Of a stretch of DNA of 64,000 nt, positions 29,877 through 39,428 are shown piece by piece. The DNA comes from Candidatus Algichlamydia australiensis (lineage in GTDB: Bacteria > Chlamydiota > Chlamydiia > Chlamydiales > JAJFMI01). A model generated the notes under the pieces. That model was not told where the DNA came from. It did no database searches and saw nothing but the letters and a program-made list of their open reading frames with translations. A program made the translations under genes and the position numbers. How positions within the stretch are numbered: the first letter of the stretch is position 1; each line of letters opens with the position of its first letter. The stretch covers positions 384,001 to 448,000 of the forward strand of contig JAXCHI010000003.1 of NCBI GenBank assembly GCA_033977065.1, in the 5' to 3' direction.

Positions 29877-30621
29877 TCTGATTGCATTTTCAACACTCTT
29901 TTCCACGCCCGTTGAAAATCGAGAGAGAATTGGACTTCTTAGCTATCCAAGAGTAGGGTCACGTTGGTTTATGTACGCTCTGATTTTCGGTGCAAACCGC
30001 TCCTGGAGGGTCAATCACAGCTCTAAAAATACCGATGCCGTTCTCTGGCATAACTTTGAACAGGAGGTGGATGAGAGCAAAGTTGTACTTGATACTTCGC
30101 ACCACCGTCTTTTTTTTGAGAAAGAGTACTTGCGTGAAAGAGATAAGTTGATTCTCATCCTTCGCAATTATCGTGAGTGCTTGATTCGGCACAGTGGAGT
30201 GGAAAAAGTCCTGCAAATGATTCATGAGCTCAATACAAAGAGCGGGGGGAAGTTTTCTGCAAACTGGTACTTAAAAAATTTACAGTTTTTTGATGATTGG
30301 CCCGAAGAGAGACGCTTGCTCATCTACTATGAGGATATGATCCAAAATCCAAAAGAGGTATTTGAGAGAGTTGCCACTTTTATTGATGAAGACCCAGAGG
30401 TGTTTGCAAGCTTTCTTGCGCACTACAAAGAGCATGTTGCGAAAAGTTTAGCATGGAGAAATGCTAAAGAGGGACACGTACGCGCGCAATCAATGGGAAG
30501 AGATTTGAGTTACCACTCAAAGCGTATTTCTAGAAAAAAGAGACAAAAGTTTGATGAGGCTGTAAAAAATAATTATCCCGATCTCTGGGAAAAATATTTA
30601 ACCCGTTATGAGAGTAAATGA
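29857..30621 (+). CDS. Sulfotransferase-family protein with signal peptide (ST3)
   Basis: SYPRVGSRWF, ILRNYRE, LIYYEDM. Confidence 0.8.
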   Translation: MKKILLSLIAFSTLFSTPVENRERIGLLSYPRVGSRWFMYALIFGANRSWRVNHSSKNTDAVLWHNFEQEVDESKVVLDTSHHRLFFEKEYLRERDKLILILRNYRECLIRHSGVEKVLQMIHELNTKSGGKFSANWYLKNLQFFDDWPEERRLLIYYEDMIQNPKEVFERVATFIDEDPEVFASFLAHYKEHVAKSLAWRNAKEGHVRAQSMGRDLSYHSKRISRKKRQKFDEAVKNNYPDLWEKYLTRYESK

Positions 30622-31382
30622 TGAAAAAAATTCTATTTGGATTGATCGCGGTAGCAACACTTTTTTCTTCACCGAATGAAGCTCCTGTCTCGCCTAAAAT
30701 AGGTCTCTTGAGTTATCCAAGATCGGGCTCAAAGTGGTTTATGTATGTTCTTCTTTTTGGGGCGGAGCGCAATTGGAAAATTAATCACCAACTTTGGAAA
30801 CACTTTCAGACAGAGATTGATTATAGTAAAATTATCTTAGACCACTCTCACCACAAAAAAGTTTTTGCAAGACACTTTCAACCTGAAAGGGACAAGCTAA
30901 TCGTTCTTGTTCGCAATTATAGAGAGTGCATTATTCGCAGACATGGGGCGGCTAAAATTGCACAAATCATCAGCAGCATTAAAAATCAGAACTTTGAGAA
31001 GCTCAACACAAATTGGTACTTCGATCAACTGGCGTTTTTTGATGAGTGGCCTGAAGAGAATCGCCTTCTTGTCTATTACGAGGATATGATTTTACGACCT
31101 AGAGAGGTTTTTGAAGAAGTTGTTGCATTCATAGGAGATGATCCGGTAATTTTAGAGGATTTTTTTGCCAGCTACAAAGAGCATGTAGCAAAAAGCTTAG
31201 CGTGGAGAAGCGCTAAAGAGAAAACCATGCGTCCTGTTTCTAAGGGAAAAGATTTGAGCTACCACTCAAAGCGCATATCTGAAAAAGAGATTTACGCTTT
31301 TGATGAGGCGGTGAAAAAGAGCTATCCCGATCTATGGGAAAAATACTTAACTCGTTACGAGAAATTCCCGCAGCAGCTTTAG
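30618..31382 (+). CDS. Sulfotransferase-family protein with signal peptide (ST4)
   Basis: SYPRSGSKWF, LVRNYRE, LVYYEDM, SKGKDLSYHSK; close tandem paralog of ST3. Confidence 0.82.
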   Translation: MMKKILFGLIAVATLFSSPNEAPVSPKIGLLSYPRSGSKWFMYVLLFGAERNWKINHQLWKHFQTEIDYSKIILDHSHHKKVFARHFQPERDKLIVLVRNYRECIIRRHGAAKIAQIISSIKNQNFEKLNTNWYFDQLAFFDEWPEENRLLVYYEDMILRPREVFEEVVAFIGDDPVILEDFFASYKEHVAKSLAWRSAKEKTMRPVSKGKDLSYHSKRISEKEIYAFDEAVKKSYPDLWEKYLTRYEKFPQQL

Positions 31383-32312
31383 CATAAATTCGATGCGGTT
31401 CAGATAGGTGTGATTCTCTTTTACAAAATCCATTAATTCAAAAATCTCTTCGTTTGAAATTTTGGGAATCTGTCTATATGCATCGTTAAATAGTTCGGCA
31501 GTGTCGGAATTGTAAATAATTTTCCGATTAAAGAGCTCATAGACGCGTTTTGAGTTTGTCACGCCCATTTGTCCATAGCTAATATTTTTAAAAATACGAC
31601 AGGGGACATACCCTTTTTTTGCCTGCCAAGGTCCTACGATTGTCGGGGCCATAAAAGAGCGCATGATCAAGTCGCGGTTCTCTTTTACACTTACACGCCG
31701 TTTAGTGATAAAAGGAATCCTCTTTTTGTTTGAGGCGGATTTGAAGGGTTGAATTGTTTGCATGTTACCAAACTCACCCGAGCCTATGGTTCCAATCCAG
31801 TAAATTTTTTTCTCCTTTTCTGTTTGAAGAAGACGCAGCTTGTTCTCCTCAATTTCGTGCGGAAGAAGGTCTGTTGCCCAAGGCATGTAGAGGGCTCTGC
31901 GCTCTACAGAGTAGTAGTGGCATGGAGCGTATTTTGTGAGGCCTTTTCTTGTGAGCACATCATCTGTATAGACTTGAAAGCAGAAAGTTCTCCCTGCATC
32001 CTTCTGTTTTTTTAGACGCTGAATGTGTGAGCAGTTATGCAAGAAGTAGTAGCTATCATCGCGAAGAGGAATGGTGGTATCTGCTTGTCCCTCTGTAATA
32101 AAAAGAGAGTTCGAAAGGTCATATTTTGAGAGATCATCCTTCTCATCAAGCCAGTAAGTCTCATAACCTAAGTGTTTAAACGCACGATAAAAGGCGTTAT
32201 GAATGTAGGAGTGGGTGTGCGTATGGAGTTTATGGCCCCAGATCACAACTCTTTCGAATGGATCAGCTTGCAAAAGAGCAAAGCAGATAAAAAAAAGAAC
32301 GAACCTCTTCAT
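31347..32312 (-). CDS. Putative GT-B (CgeB-like) glycosyltransferase with signal peptide
   Basis: PWATDLLP, YVPCRIFKNISYG, VKENHTYLNRI; paralog of 42526-43575. Confidence 0.6.
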   Translation of the reverse strand: MKRFVLFFICFALLQADPFERVVIWGHKLHTHTHSYIHNAFYRAFKHLGYETYWLDEKDDLSKYDLSNSLFITEGQADTTIPLRDDSYYFLHNCSHIQRLKKQKDAGRTFCFQVYTDDVLTRKGLTKYAPCHYYSVERRALYMPWATDLLPHEIEENKLRLLQTEKEKKIYWIGTIGSGEFGNMQTIQPFKSASNKKRIPFITKRRVSVKENRDLIMRSFMAPTIVGPWQAKKGYVPCRIFKNISYGQMGVTNSKRVYELFNRKIIYNSDTAELFNDAYRQIPKISNEEIFELMDFVKENHTYLNRIEFMLKLLREFLVTS

Positions 32313-32358
32313 GTTTTGTGATGGTACCGTTAAGACAATTTTCAGATCCAGTGAATTT

Positions 32359-32535
32359 TTCCTCTGTACTGGACAAAAATTTCACCAATGGGAGAGCTGT
32401 GCCTTTATCAAATCGATTCTCCTCCTCGTCCATAGCAATATGGGTTACGGACTCGTCGCTCGAAACGCTGCTGCTTCGATTTGATTTTGGCTCGCTTTGC
32501 TCCTCTTGGCAAAATTTTTGTCCAGTACAGAGGAA
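32359..32535. repeat. Long palindromic element (family D) between divergent genes
   Basis: Perfect 24-bp IR TTCCTCTGTACTGGACAAAAATTT (32359-32382 / 32512-32535), nested inner IRs (TCAAATCGA/TCGATTTGA); outer GTAC ends possibly at 32324 and 32567. Confidence 0.8.
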
Positions 32536-32579
32536 TTTTTCTTGCGAAGCTATTTATACAGGAGTACTATCCAGTAGGT

Positions 32580-33416
32580 ATGAAAAAGTTAAGTATTGTT
32601 TTTTTTATTTTCTGTTGTTCTTTTTTGAATGCAAAGGTGAGTGGATACAAAAAGGATCCAATTATTACTTTCACAGATGAGAAAGTTCACAGATTTCCCT
32701 ACCAAGACCAAGAGCCTCATCTCTTTGTTGCCTCGTTTCCTCACAGTGGAAGCCATTTTTTCATGTACATGGTGCAGTATTTTTCTCGGCGCGTTTGGCA
32801 GGTCCCAAGAAAGCGCTACTTTTTTCACCTAGATCGAATTGATAAAAAGCTTTCTCCTTATTATCGTTGCCATAGCTGCACAGATACAGATTTTTACAAT
32901 CGAATAAAGGGATATTTTTTTCCCTATGTTGTAGAAAAAGATAAACTGATTCTTTTGCTTCGAAATTACAAAGAAAACTGTTTTAACAAAAGTCGTTATA
33001 TTAAGTACCAAGACTCCTCTCAGTTTGAAAAAATCTTACGTAGTGGAAGTAGGCAATATCTTAATCTTCTCAGATGTTTTGATCGTTGGCCAGAAGAGAG
33101 GCGGCTCCTCATTCGTTATGAAGATTTGATTAAATCTCCAGAAAAGGTACTGCGCCAAGCTCTAGAGTTTCTCGAGGTTGAGTATAAAGAGAGGGAGATG
33201 CATGAGTTTTTTACCCCCAAAAAATTTCAATTCCATCGATTGCGGTGCATGAAATTAATGGAAATTTTGAACGGGGGACCGAGCATTTCGAAGGGAAAAA
33301 GTACAAGATTTCATGCGGGATATGCTAAGCAAGAAATTCTTGATCAAATTGATTGTCACTTTGAAGAGGCGGCTCCCGATCTTTTTAACCGTTACCTTGA
33401 GGAGTATCGAGAATGA
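32580..33416 (+). CDS. Sulfotransferase-family protein with signal peptide (ST5)
   Basis: SFPHSGSHFF, LLRNYKE, LIRYEDL; start moved to MKKLSIVFF. Confidence 0.78.
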   Translation: MKKLSIVFFIFCCSFLNAKVSGYKKDPIITFTDEKVHRFPYQDQEPHLFVASFPHSGSHFFMYMVQYFSRRVWQVPRKRYFFHLDRIDKKLSPYYRCHSCTDTDFYNRIKGYFFPYVVEKDKLILLLRNYKENCFNKSRYIKYQDSSQFEKILRSGSRQYLNLLRCFDRWPEERRLLIRYEDLIKSPEKVLRQALEFLEVEYKEREMHEFFTPKKFQFHRLRCMKLMEILNGGPSISKGKSTRFHAGYAKQEILDQIDCHFEEAAPDLFNRYLEEYRE

Positions 33417-34474
33417 AGCGCGCTCTGCTTTTTATTTTGGTTACCATTTCCCTTTTTTCTCAAAAGAAGGTTCTGCACATCACATTTCATAAAGGGTGTG
33501 CCAAAGAGTTTGAGTTTGTTGCAGATGAACTTGATCTGGATTTGACAACTCTTTTTGTTCACAAGTTGGGTCCAAAAGAGTTTGATGGGGTAGCCAAAGG
33601 ATCTGCTCTCTACAATGTGGGTCATGATCGGGCAAAGCGCGTTTGGGATTTGCATAAAGAGATGTTCGAATCCTATGATTTGATTGTGACCTCTGATACA
33701 GCACCTCTCTCTCGTATTTTTTTGCAGAATGGATGGAAAAAACCTCTAATTATATGGGTCTGTAATCGATTTGATTATGTAGCAAAGTGCGCATTAGACT
33801 GTTCTTTTCCGGATAAGGAGTACTATCATTTGATCGCTTCAACGAAAAAGAGACCAAATGTAAAAGTTTTTTCCTATACACCTTATGAACATCGCTATGC
33901 GAAAGTTGTTCGCGGTGTTGATGCTTGGTCAGATACAATCAAACCGACAGGCGGAGGAAGTCCCTATTGCGGGGATAGATCTCCTATTCCAGCTACTGTT
34001 GATCGCTCTGAAACTTTTTTTATTCCGCCTTACCACAACGATACGCATTTTATGAATCTCTCTGCTAAGCTAACATCTCTTGGAATTCCCAACTATCGAG
34101 GGCGCTATTCTGGACCTGAAGATCTTGCCTCTTTTAAGGGGATTGTGCATATCCCTTATGCATGGTCGAACCTAGCTCTATTTGAAAACTTAAGAAATGG
34201 TCTGATCTACTTTATTCCTTCAAAGAAGTTTCTTCTACGGCTCTCTAAGATGAGTAATTTTTTCTGGTCGCCCCCTTTTCGTCGGGAGTTTGTTGAGGAC
34301 TCTGAGTGGTACAATCCGGAGTATAAGGATCTATTTGTCTTTTTTGACTCTTGGAAAGATCTGAAAAAAAGGGTTGAGACAACAGATTACCTGGCCATGC
34401 AAGAGAGAATCATGCAGTTTTCTAAACAGCATCAGAAAGAGATGTTGGAAAAATGGAGAGCAGCGATTTATTGA
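33413..34474 (+). CDS. Putative glycosyltransferase-like protein with signal peptide
   Basis: Signal peptide MKRALLFILVTISLFS; FKGIVHIPYAWSNLALFE resembles a GT-B C-terminal motif; cluster context. Confidence 0.45.
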   Translation: MKRALLFILVTISLFSQKKVLHITFHKGCAKEFEFVADELDLDLTTLFVHKLGPKEFDGVAKGSALYNVGHDRAKRVWDLHKEMFESYDLIVTSDTAPLSRIFLQNGWKKPLIIWVCNRFDYVAKCALDCSFPDKEYYHLIASTKKRPNVKVFSYTPYEHRYAKVVRGVDAWSDTIKPTGGGSPYCGDRSPIPATVDRSETFFIPPYHNDTHFMNLSAKLTSLGIPNYRGRYSGPEDLASFKGIVHIPYAWSNLALFENLRNGLIYFIPSKKFLLRLSKMSNFFWSPPFRREFVEDSEWYNPEYKDLFVFFDSWKDLKKRVETTDYLAMQERIMQFSKQHQKEMLEKWRAAIY

Positions 34475-35181
34475 TAGCGCATCAGGTACTTTTCAGTTAG
34501 CTCAGGGTAAGTTGTCATTACAAGGTCATCGATTTTTTTGAGACGTTGAGGGCTCGCCTTTTTTGAGTGGTAGATCGTTCCTTTTCCCTTTGTTGAGGAG
34601 CCATGAAAGTTTGCGTCATAGATTTTTATAGCTCTTTTTTGATGCTCTTCATATCTCTCCATAAACGTCTCAAATGTGTTGGGATCGCCTTCTAGAAACT
34701 CAACTAGCTTTTCTAGAGATTCGCGAGGATTTTTAATAATGTCTTCGTAGTAGAGAAGAAGTTTTTTATCTTCATCCCAAATGTCGTAACTCTCTAAATT
34801 ATGGAAGTAGTGAAACTCCTTTTTTGCAATCATATCTAGCAGCTGATTAAGTCGTCCAACGCCAAGTCCAGGTTTGCGAAAAGAGGCATAACGACAAAGG
34901 ATTTCTTTGTAGTTGCGAACGAGCAAGATGAGTTTTTTTTCTCTGCCGAGCTGCTTTGCTTTGTTCGGGTGGATGGAGTGGGACTTTGCAATGATCGGAG
35001 CGCCCTCGGGTTTTGGAGAGAGTTGTGTAAAGTTTGTGTCGTAATCTGTAAGAGTCTCAATACAGTAACGGACCCATGTATTTCCACTTTTGGGGGAAGA
35101 GAGGAGATAACCCTCGTAGTGTGCTGGATTTGCAATCAAAAAAAGGGGGAAAAGGAGCAAACAAATCATTTTTTTTAGCAT
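34468..35181 (-). CDS. Sulfotransferase-family protein with signal peptide (ST6)
   Basis: SSPKSGNTWV, LVRNYKE, LLYYEDI, TKGKGTIYHSK. Confidence 0.82.
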   Translation of the reverse strand: MLKKMICLLLFPLFLIANPAHYEGYLLSSPKSGNTWVRYCIETLTDYDTNFTQLSPKPEGAPIIAKSHSIHPNKAKQLGREKKLILLVRNYKEILCRYASFRKPGLGVGRLNQLLDMIAKKEFHYFHNLESYDIWDEDKKLLLYYEDIIKNPRESLEKLVEFLEGDPNTFETFMERYEEHQKRAIKIYDANFHGSSTKGKGTIYHSKKASPQRLKKIDDLVMTTYPELTEKYLMRYQ

Positions 35182-35184
35182 CAA

Positions 35185-36060
35185 TTATTCCTCTCTATTG
35201 GGGTTAAAAAGAACTTGCAGCTCTTCATATGGGGGGATATTGCGAATTTTTTCGGCTAAAGAGAACTGTGTATTCCCTCTGACAAAGCAATCACTCAATG
35301 GGTTGTCTGACTGGTAAAGAACAAGGCAATCGGGAATGTAGTAAGCGTGTAGACGCGCCATGTCGATCATAGGAAGCATGGTCGCAAGGTCAGAGGTGGA
35401 GGGGAGGTACTTCCCGCGGTCTTTCTGATCTTCAAGTCGAATTTTTTTTGCTAACCCTGCGTAATAAGTACGAAGGTGAGAGGTGGTCCATTTGCATTTG
35501 CGAATTGTGCCCTCCTCCAGTACCTTTTTAGGGACAGGTTGTGCCAATTTTCCGAGATTATGAGTGGGTACTTCTATGTGAGATCCGTAGGTGAGCCAGA
35601 CGTGAGGGTTTGCGTAGACTTGATTCAGTTTTTCGAGCACATAAGGATTAGAAAAAGAGTCATCTCCATCTAAAAGTACAATGATCTCGCGATCTTTACA
35701 CATTCCCACTGCGTTCACGTGGTTAGCCATAGCTCCCACATTTTTTTTATTTCGGATCATGGTGGCTTTCTCTTCTAACCCGTACGCTGCAACCACCTCT
35801 TTTGCAACCGAAAAATTATCATCGGTGGAGGCGTCGTCAATATAGATTAAGCGAAAATTTCCATAAACTTGCTCTGCTACAGATTGCAGTGTTTTTCTCA
35901 CATAAGCTGCATTGTTGTAGCAGCTCATTAAGACTACAAAGGGTTTTTCTTCTTTTGGGGCTGTAGGCTGGGCGATTTGGTACTGCTGTTTTAAGAGATT
36001 GGGAAGGGCAAAGAAGGTGAGGACAAAGCCAGAGAGAAATACAAAAAAGCAACGGATCAT
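35185..36060 (-). CDS. GT2 glycosyltransferase with N-terminal anchor
   Basis: SCYNN, YIDDASTD, LLDGDD, WLTYG, HLRTYYA. Confidence 0.85.
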   Translation of the reverse strand: MIRCFFVFLSGFVLTFFALPNLLKQQYQIAQPTAPKEEKPFVVLMSCYNNAAYVRKTLQSVAEQVYGNFRLIYIDDASTDDNFSVAKEVVAAYGLEEKATMIRNKKNVGAMANHVNAVGMCKDREIIVLLDGDDSFSNPYVLEKLNQVYANPHVWLTYGSHIEVPTHNLGKLAQPVPKKVLEEGTIRKCKWTTSHLRTYYAGLAKKIRLEDQKDRGKYLPSTSDLATMLPMIDMARLHAYYIPDCLVLYQSDNPLSDCFVRGNTQFSLAEKIRNIPPYEELQVLFNPNREE

Positions 36061-36887
36061 AACTGTTTGTAGGCTGGTTTAGCGCGAATTTCTTTGTTAA
36101 TCGCAAACTGTTTTATGTGATCAATACGATGATCACTTATTGGATTGTGGTCATTATATAGGTAAAGGACTTCAGGGACAAAACAAAAATGGTTGCAAGC
36201 CATTTCAATCATTGGAATCATGGCGGCAGAGTCCCAGCTCATCTCATAAAACTTTCCCTCTTTTTGAAGGTCTTCAATTTTGATTTTTTGAAAGAGCCAG
36301 GCGTAAAAGGTGCGGAGATGAGTCGGAAGATCGGGATGTTTTCGAAAAGTATTTCCTCTAATGACCTCCCTTGGGAAAGGCTTTGCAAAGCCTTTTCTAC
36401 AACTTCTTTGCTCTAAAAATTGACCATAGGTAAGCCAGATCTCTTTTTTCGGGTTGGAGTAGATGCGATTGAGATTGCTTAGTACGTGGGGGTGGGCGAG
36501 CTGATCATCTCCATCAAGGGTGATGACAATTTCATTTCCAGAAATATCGTTGTGTACGGCATGGTACAGATTGTAGAGAGCGAGTTTTCTCTTCTTATTA
36601 TTAATAATTTTTACGTTTTCTCTTCCTAAGGTCTCTCTTTCTACTAATTCAAGAGTTCTATCGGTTGAGCAGTCGTTAATAAAAAGAACACGAAAATTCT
36701 TATACTCTTGCTGCAGTGCGCTCCGAATGTTCGCTACGCAATATTTTTCATTATTATAGGAGGGGATGAGGATGACAAAGGGTTTTTCCTCTTTCGCTTT
36801 TGGAAAATGGTTTTTTTTAATTTGAGGCGGGCAAAGAGCAAAAAAACCAGCAGAAAAAAAGAAGAGATAGAAAGCAAATCTTTTCAC
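36057..36887 (-). CDS. GT2 glycosyltransferase with N-terminal signal or anchor
   Basis: IPSYNN, INDCSTD, TLDGDD, WLTYG, HLRTFYA. Confidence 0.87.
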   Translation of the reverse strand: MKRFAFYLFFFSAGFFALCPPQIKKNHFPKAKEEKPFVILIPSYNNEKYCVANIRSALQQEYKNFRVLFINDCSTDRTLELVERETLGRENVKIINNKKRKLALYNLYHAVHNDISGNEIVITLDGDDQLAHPHVLSNLNRIYSNPKKEIWLTYGQFLEQRSCRKGFAKPFPREVIRGNTFRKHPDLPTHLRTFYAWLFQKIKIEDLQKEGKFYEMSWDSAAMIPMIEMACNHFCFVPEVLYLYNDHNPISDHRIDHIKQFAINKEIRAKPAYKQL

Positions 36888-37696
36888 GGACGATGGAGCA
36901 AGGGGGTGTAAACAGGTTTGTTGCGAATTTCTCGATTGATCGAAAATTGCAGCTCTTGGCTTGCTTTGTGATCATTTAATGGATTGAGATCGTTATAGAT
37001 GTAGAGCACTTTGGGAATAAACTTGAAATGGTCGCGTGCCATTTCAATCATCGGCATCATTATGGCGACATCCCAAGTCATAGGGTAAAAAGCTCCATTA
37101 CTCTTTAAGTCTTCCTCTTTGATCATTTTAAATAGCCAAGCGTAAAAAGTGCGCAGGTGAGAGGGGAGGTGCGTGTGTTTGCGAAAGGCATTTTTTTCTA
37201 CCACTTTTTTTGGCATGTCGCTAACCCAAGATTTGCATTTTGGGTTCGACCAAAAACCTAATTGACCATAGGTGAGCCAGATCTCTTTTTCGGGATTGGA
37301 GTAGGTGCGATTGAGATAATATAAAACATAATTTGAGGCGAGTTTATCATCACCATCAACGGTTAATACGATCTCATCATCATCAACGAATTCGTGAATA
37401 GCATTGTAGTAATTAGCAAGAGCAAGGTTGCGTGTGTGGTTGTCCACAATCGTAACAATTTCTTTTTTTCCACTTTTCTCTATCTCTTTTTGCACAAGCT
37501 GAAGTGTACGGTCTGAAGAGCAGTCATTAATGAAGATGATGCGGTAATTTTTATACTCTTGTCTGAGTGAAGCACGAATGTTAGCAACGCAATATTTTTC
37601 GTTATTGTAGGAGGGCGTGATTATAACAAATGGTTTCTCTGGTAATCGCGAAAAGAGCGAGAAAGTTGCAATAATAAAAGGTAGAATGATTTTCAT
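36884..37696 (-). CDS. GT2 glycosyltransferase with signal peptide
   Basis: TPSYNN, INDCSSD, TVDGDD, HLRTFYA. Confidence 0.87.
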   Translation of the reverse strand: MKIILPFIIATFSLFSRLPEKPFVIITPSYNNEKYCVANIRASLRQEYKNYRIIFINDCSSDRTLQLVQKEIEKSGKKEIVTIVDNHTRNLALANYYNAIHEFVDDDEIVLTVDGDDKLASNYVLYYLNRTYSNPEKEIWLTYGQLGFWSNPKCKSWVSDMPKKVVEKNAFRKHTHLPSHLRTFYAWLFKMIKEEDLKSNGAFYPMTWDVAIMMPMIEMARDHFKFIPKVLYIYNDLNPLNDHKASQELQFSINREIRNKPVYTPLLHRP

Positions 37697-38490
37697 GGCG
37701 CCTCTATTGGACTGTATGGGGCACGTTTGCGAATGTGCTTGTTATAATCCATCTGTTTTTTCCAGTTAATCTGATGATCACTTATTGGATTTTGATCGTT
37801 GTAAATATAGAGAATTTTATTAATAAATGTGTGGTGGTCGCGTGCCATCTCTAACATGGGAAGGATAATGGCTGAATCGCCTGTCATTTTATAAAAGTCT
37901 CCTCTATATAACAGATCCTGTTTTGCTATTCGTTTGAAGAGCCAGCCGTAGAAAGTGCGCACGTGTGTGGGAATATGGACATAGGAGCGAAACTTATTCC
38001 TCTTTACAATCTCATCAGGGAATGTGCGTCCCCATCCTTTTTCCTTGCTCTTTTTGCACTGAAAGTTGCTATAGGCTAACCAGATTTCGCGCTCTTTATT
38101 TTGGTAGACGCTGTTGAGAACATTTAAGACGTTTGGGTGAGCAAGTTCATCATCACCATCAAGCATAACAACAATCTCTTCATCGGATACTTCGTTATGA
38201 ATTGTGTAGTAGATGTTGGCAAGGGAGTAACGACGCTTAGGATTATCAATGAGTTGCACGCGATTTTTAGCATCATTTTTTTCAATAAATGATTCCACAA
38301 GGTTGAGCGTATTGTCTGTTGAGGCGTCATTCACGTAGAGAATGCGGTAGTTGCAGTAATTTTGGTTGAGTGCGCTAAAGAGGTTTTCTTCACAAAACTT
38401 TTCATTGTTATAGGAGGGAATAAGGATAACAAAGGGGAGTTGATTTGCAAAAAGGCATAGAGGAAGAAGAAGTAGAAGCATTTTTTTCAT
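37693..38490 (-). CDS. GT2 glycosyltransferase with signal peptide
   Basis: IPSYNN, VNDASTD, MLDGDD; start moved to MKKMLLLLL (ATGA overlap with the upstream stop). Confidence 0.87.
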   Translation of the reverse strand: MKKMLLLLLPLCLFANQLPFVILIPSYNNEKFCEENLFSALNQNYCNYRILYVNDASTDNTLNLVESFIEKNDAKNRVQLIDNPKRRYSLANIYYTIHNEVSDEEIVVMLDGDDELAHPNVLNVLNSVYQNKEREIWLAYSNFQCKKSKEKGWGRTFPDEIVKRNKFRSYVHIPTHVRTFYGWLFKRIAKQDLLYRGDFYKMTGDSAIILPMLEMARDHHTFINKILYIYNDQNPISDHQINWKKQMDYNKHIRKRAPYSPIEAP

Positions 38491-39428
38491 TCTGATAGAT
38501 CCTTTGGTGGGAAGTTTTTCCAATTAGAACGGCAGAAAACAAAGTAGGAGTTTTTGCTTTCTGAGAAGAGTTTATTTCCATTTGCAAATATGCCTTTTAA
38601 AAGCCCATTTCTACGAATGAAAACGCTTAATGGGGCCTGACAAGGGGTTGTCACAAAGAAGGGCTCTCGCATTTGTGCCGCCTTATAGTACTCGGTAAGG
38701 CATTTGTTTGCTTTTTTGTTTGAGAAGTCAAAGCCAACTACTCCACTCATGATATGGCGTGTTTGGTAGACCTCTTGGAGGGTCATATTCATCGACTTCA
38801 TAAACCTTTCATGCGCAATCATTGCAAGAGGACAAGGGTCTTTTCGAAAGAGCATACCGTTTTGTTCAATATGACTGAATAAATAACTTAAGTTTTTTGA
38901 GGGAAACATGGAAGCATCGATCCAGATAACTTTTTTGTATCCAAGTTTTCGCGCCTCCATAAGAGCGCAGGGTTTAAAAGCGTACGGGACATCAAAAAGC
39001 TCTAGCCCTCCATCTTCAATGTAGGGCCACCCTCCGACGCGATAGAGAAAATGTCCTTTGAAGCCGACTCTACGTAAGCGACGGATGATTTCATCGATGC
39101 CTTCAGAAAATTTCCCGTTTGTAGAGGTGTAGGTAAGAATGCAGCACTCACGGTCATCGGGCGATGTGTTAATAAATTCTGTTTGTAGAAGGGGAATTTT
39201 ATGAGAGTTTTCATCAATAATAGAGAACTTTTTTATCCGCTCTGATCTTCGAGAACACAGCTTTCCATCGCGTGTATGAATCCACTTTAACTCAGGGCGC
39301 TCCCCATGAGATAGATACTCCTGTAGTAGATGAAAATCTTCAACAGTAGGGTTTTTCCAGTCGGAGATTTCAATATGTGGATGGGCAAAGAGGAGGAGGG
39401 GAAGCAAAAAAAGAGTAATTTTATTCAT
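38487..39428 (-). CDS. Putative GT-A nucleotide-diphospho-sugar transferase with signal peptide
   Basis: YAFKPCALMEA..GYKKVIWIDAS resembles GT-A/DUF1647-type motifs. Confidence 0.5.
   Translation of the reverse strand: MNKITLFLLPLLLFAHPHIEISDWKNPTVEDFHLLQEYLSHGERPELKWIHTRDGKLCSRRSERIKKFSIIDENSHKIPLLQTEFINTSPDDRECCILTYTSTNGKFSEGIDEIIRRLRRVGFKGHFLYRVGGWPYIEDGGLELFDVPYAFKPCALMEARKLGYKKVIWIDASMFPSKNLSYLFSHIEQNGMLFRKDPCPLAMIAHERFMKSMNMTLQEVYQTRHIMSGVVGFDFSNKKANKCLTEYYKAAQMREPFFVTTPCQAPLSVFIRRNGLLKGIFANGNKLFSESKNSYFVFCRSNWKNFPPKDLSE

Noticed and set aside
32481..32579. N-terminal extension of the ST5 ORF as given in the track
   Set aside because: It lies within the palindromic element; ATG 32580 gives a clean signal peptide like its paralogs
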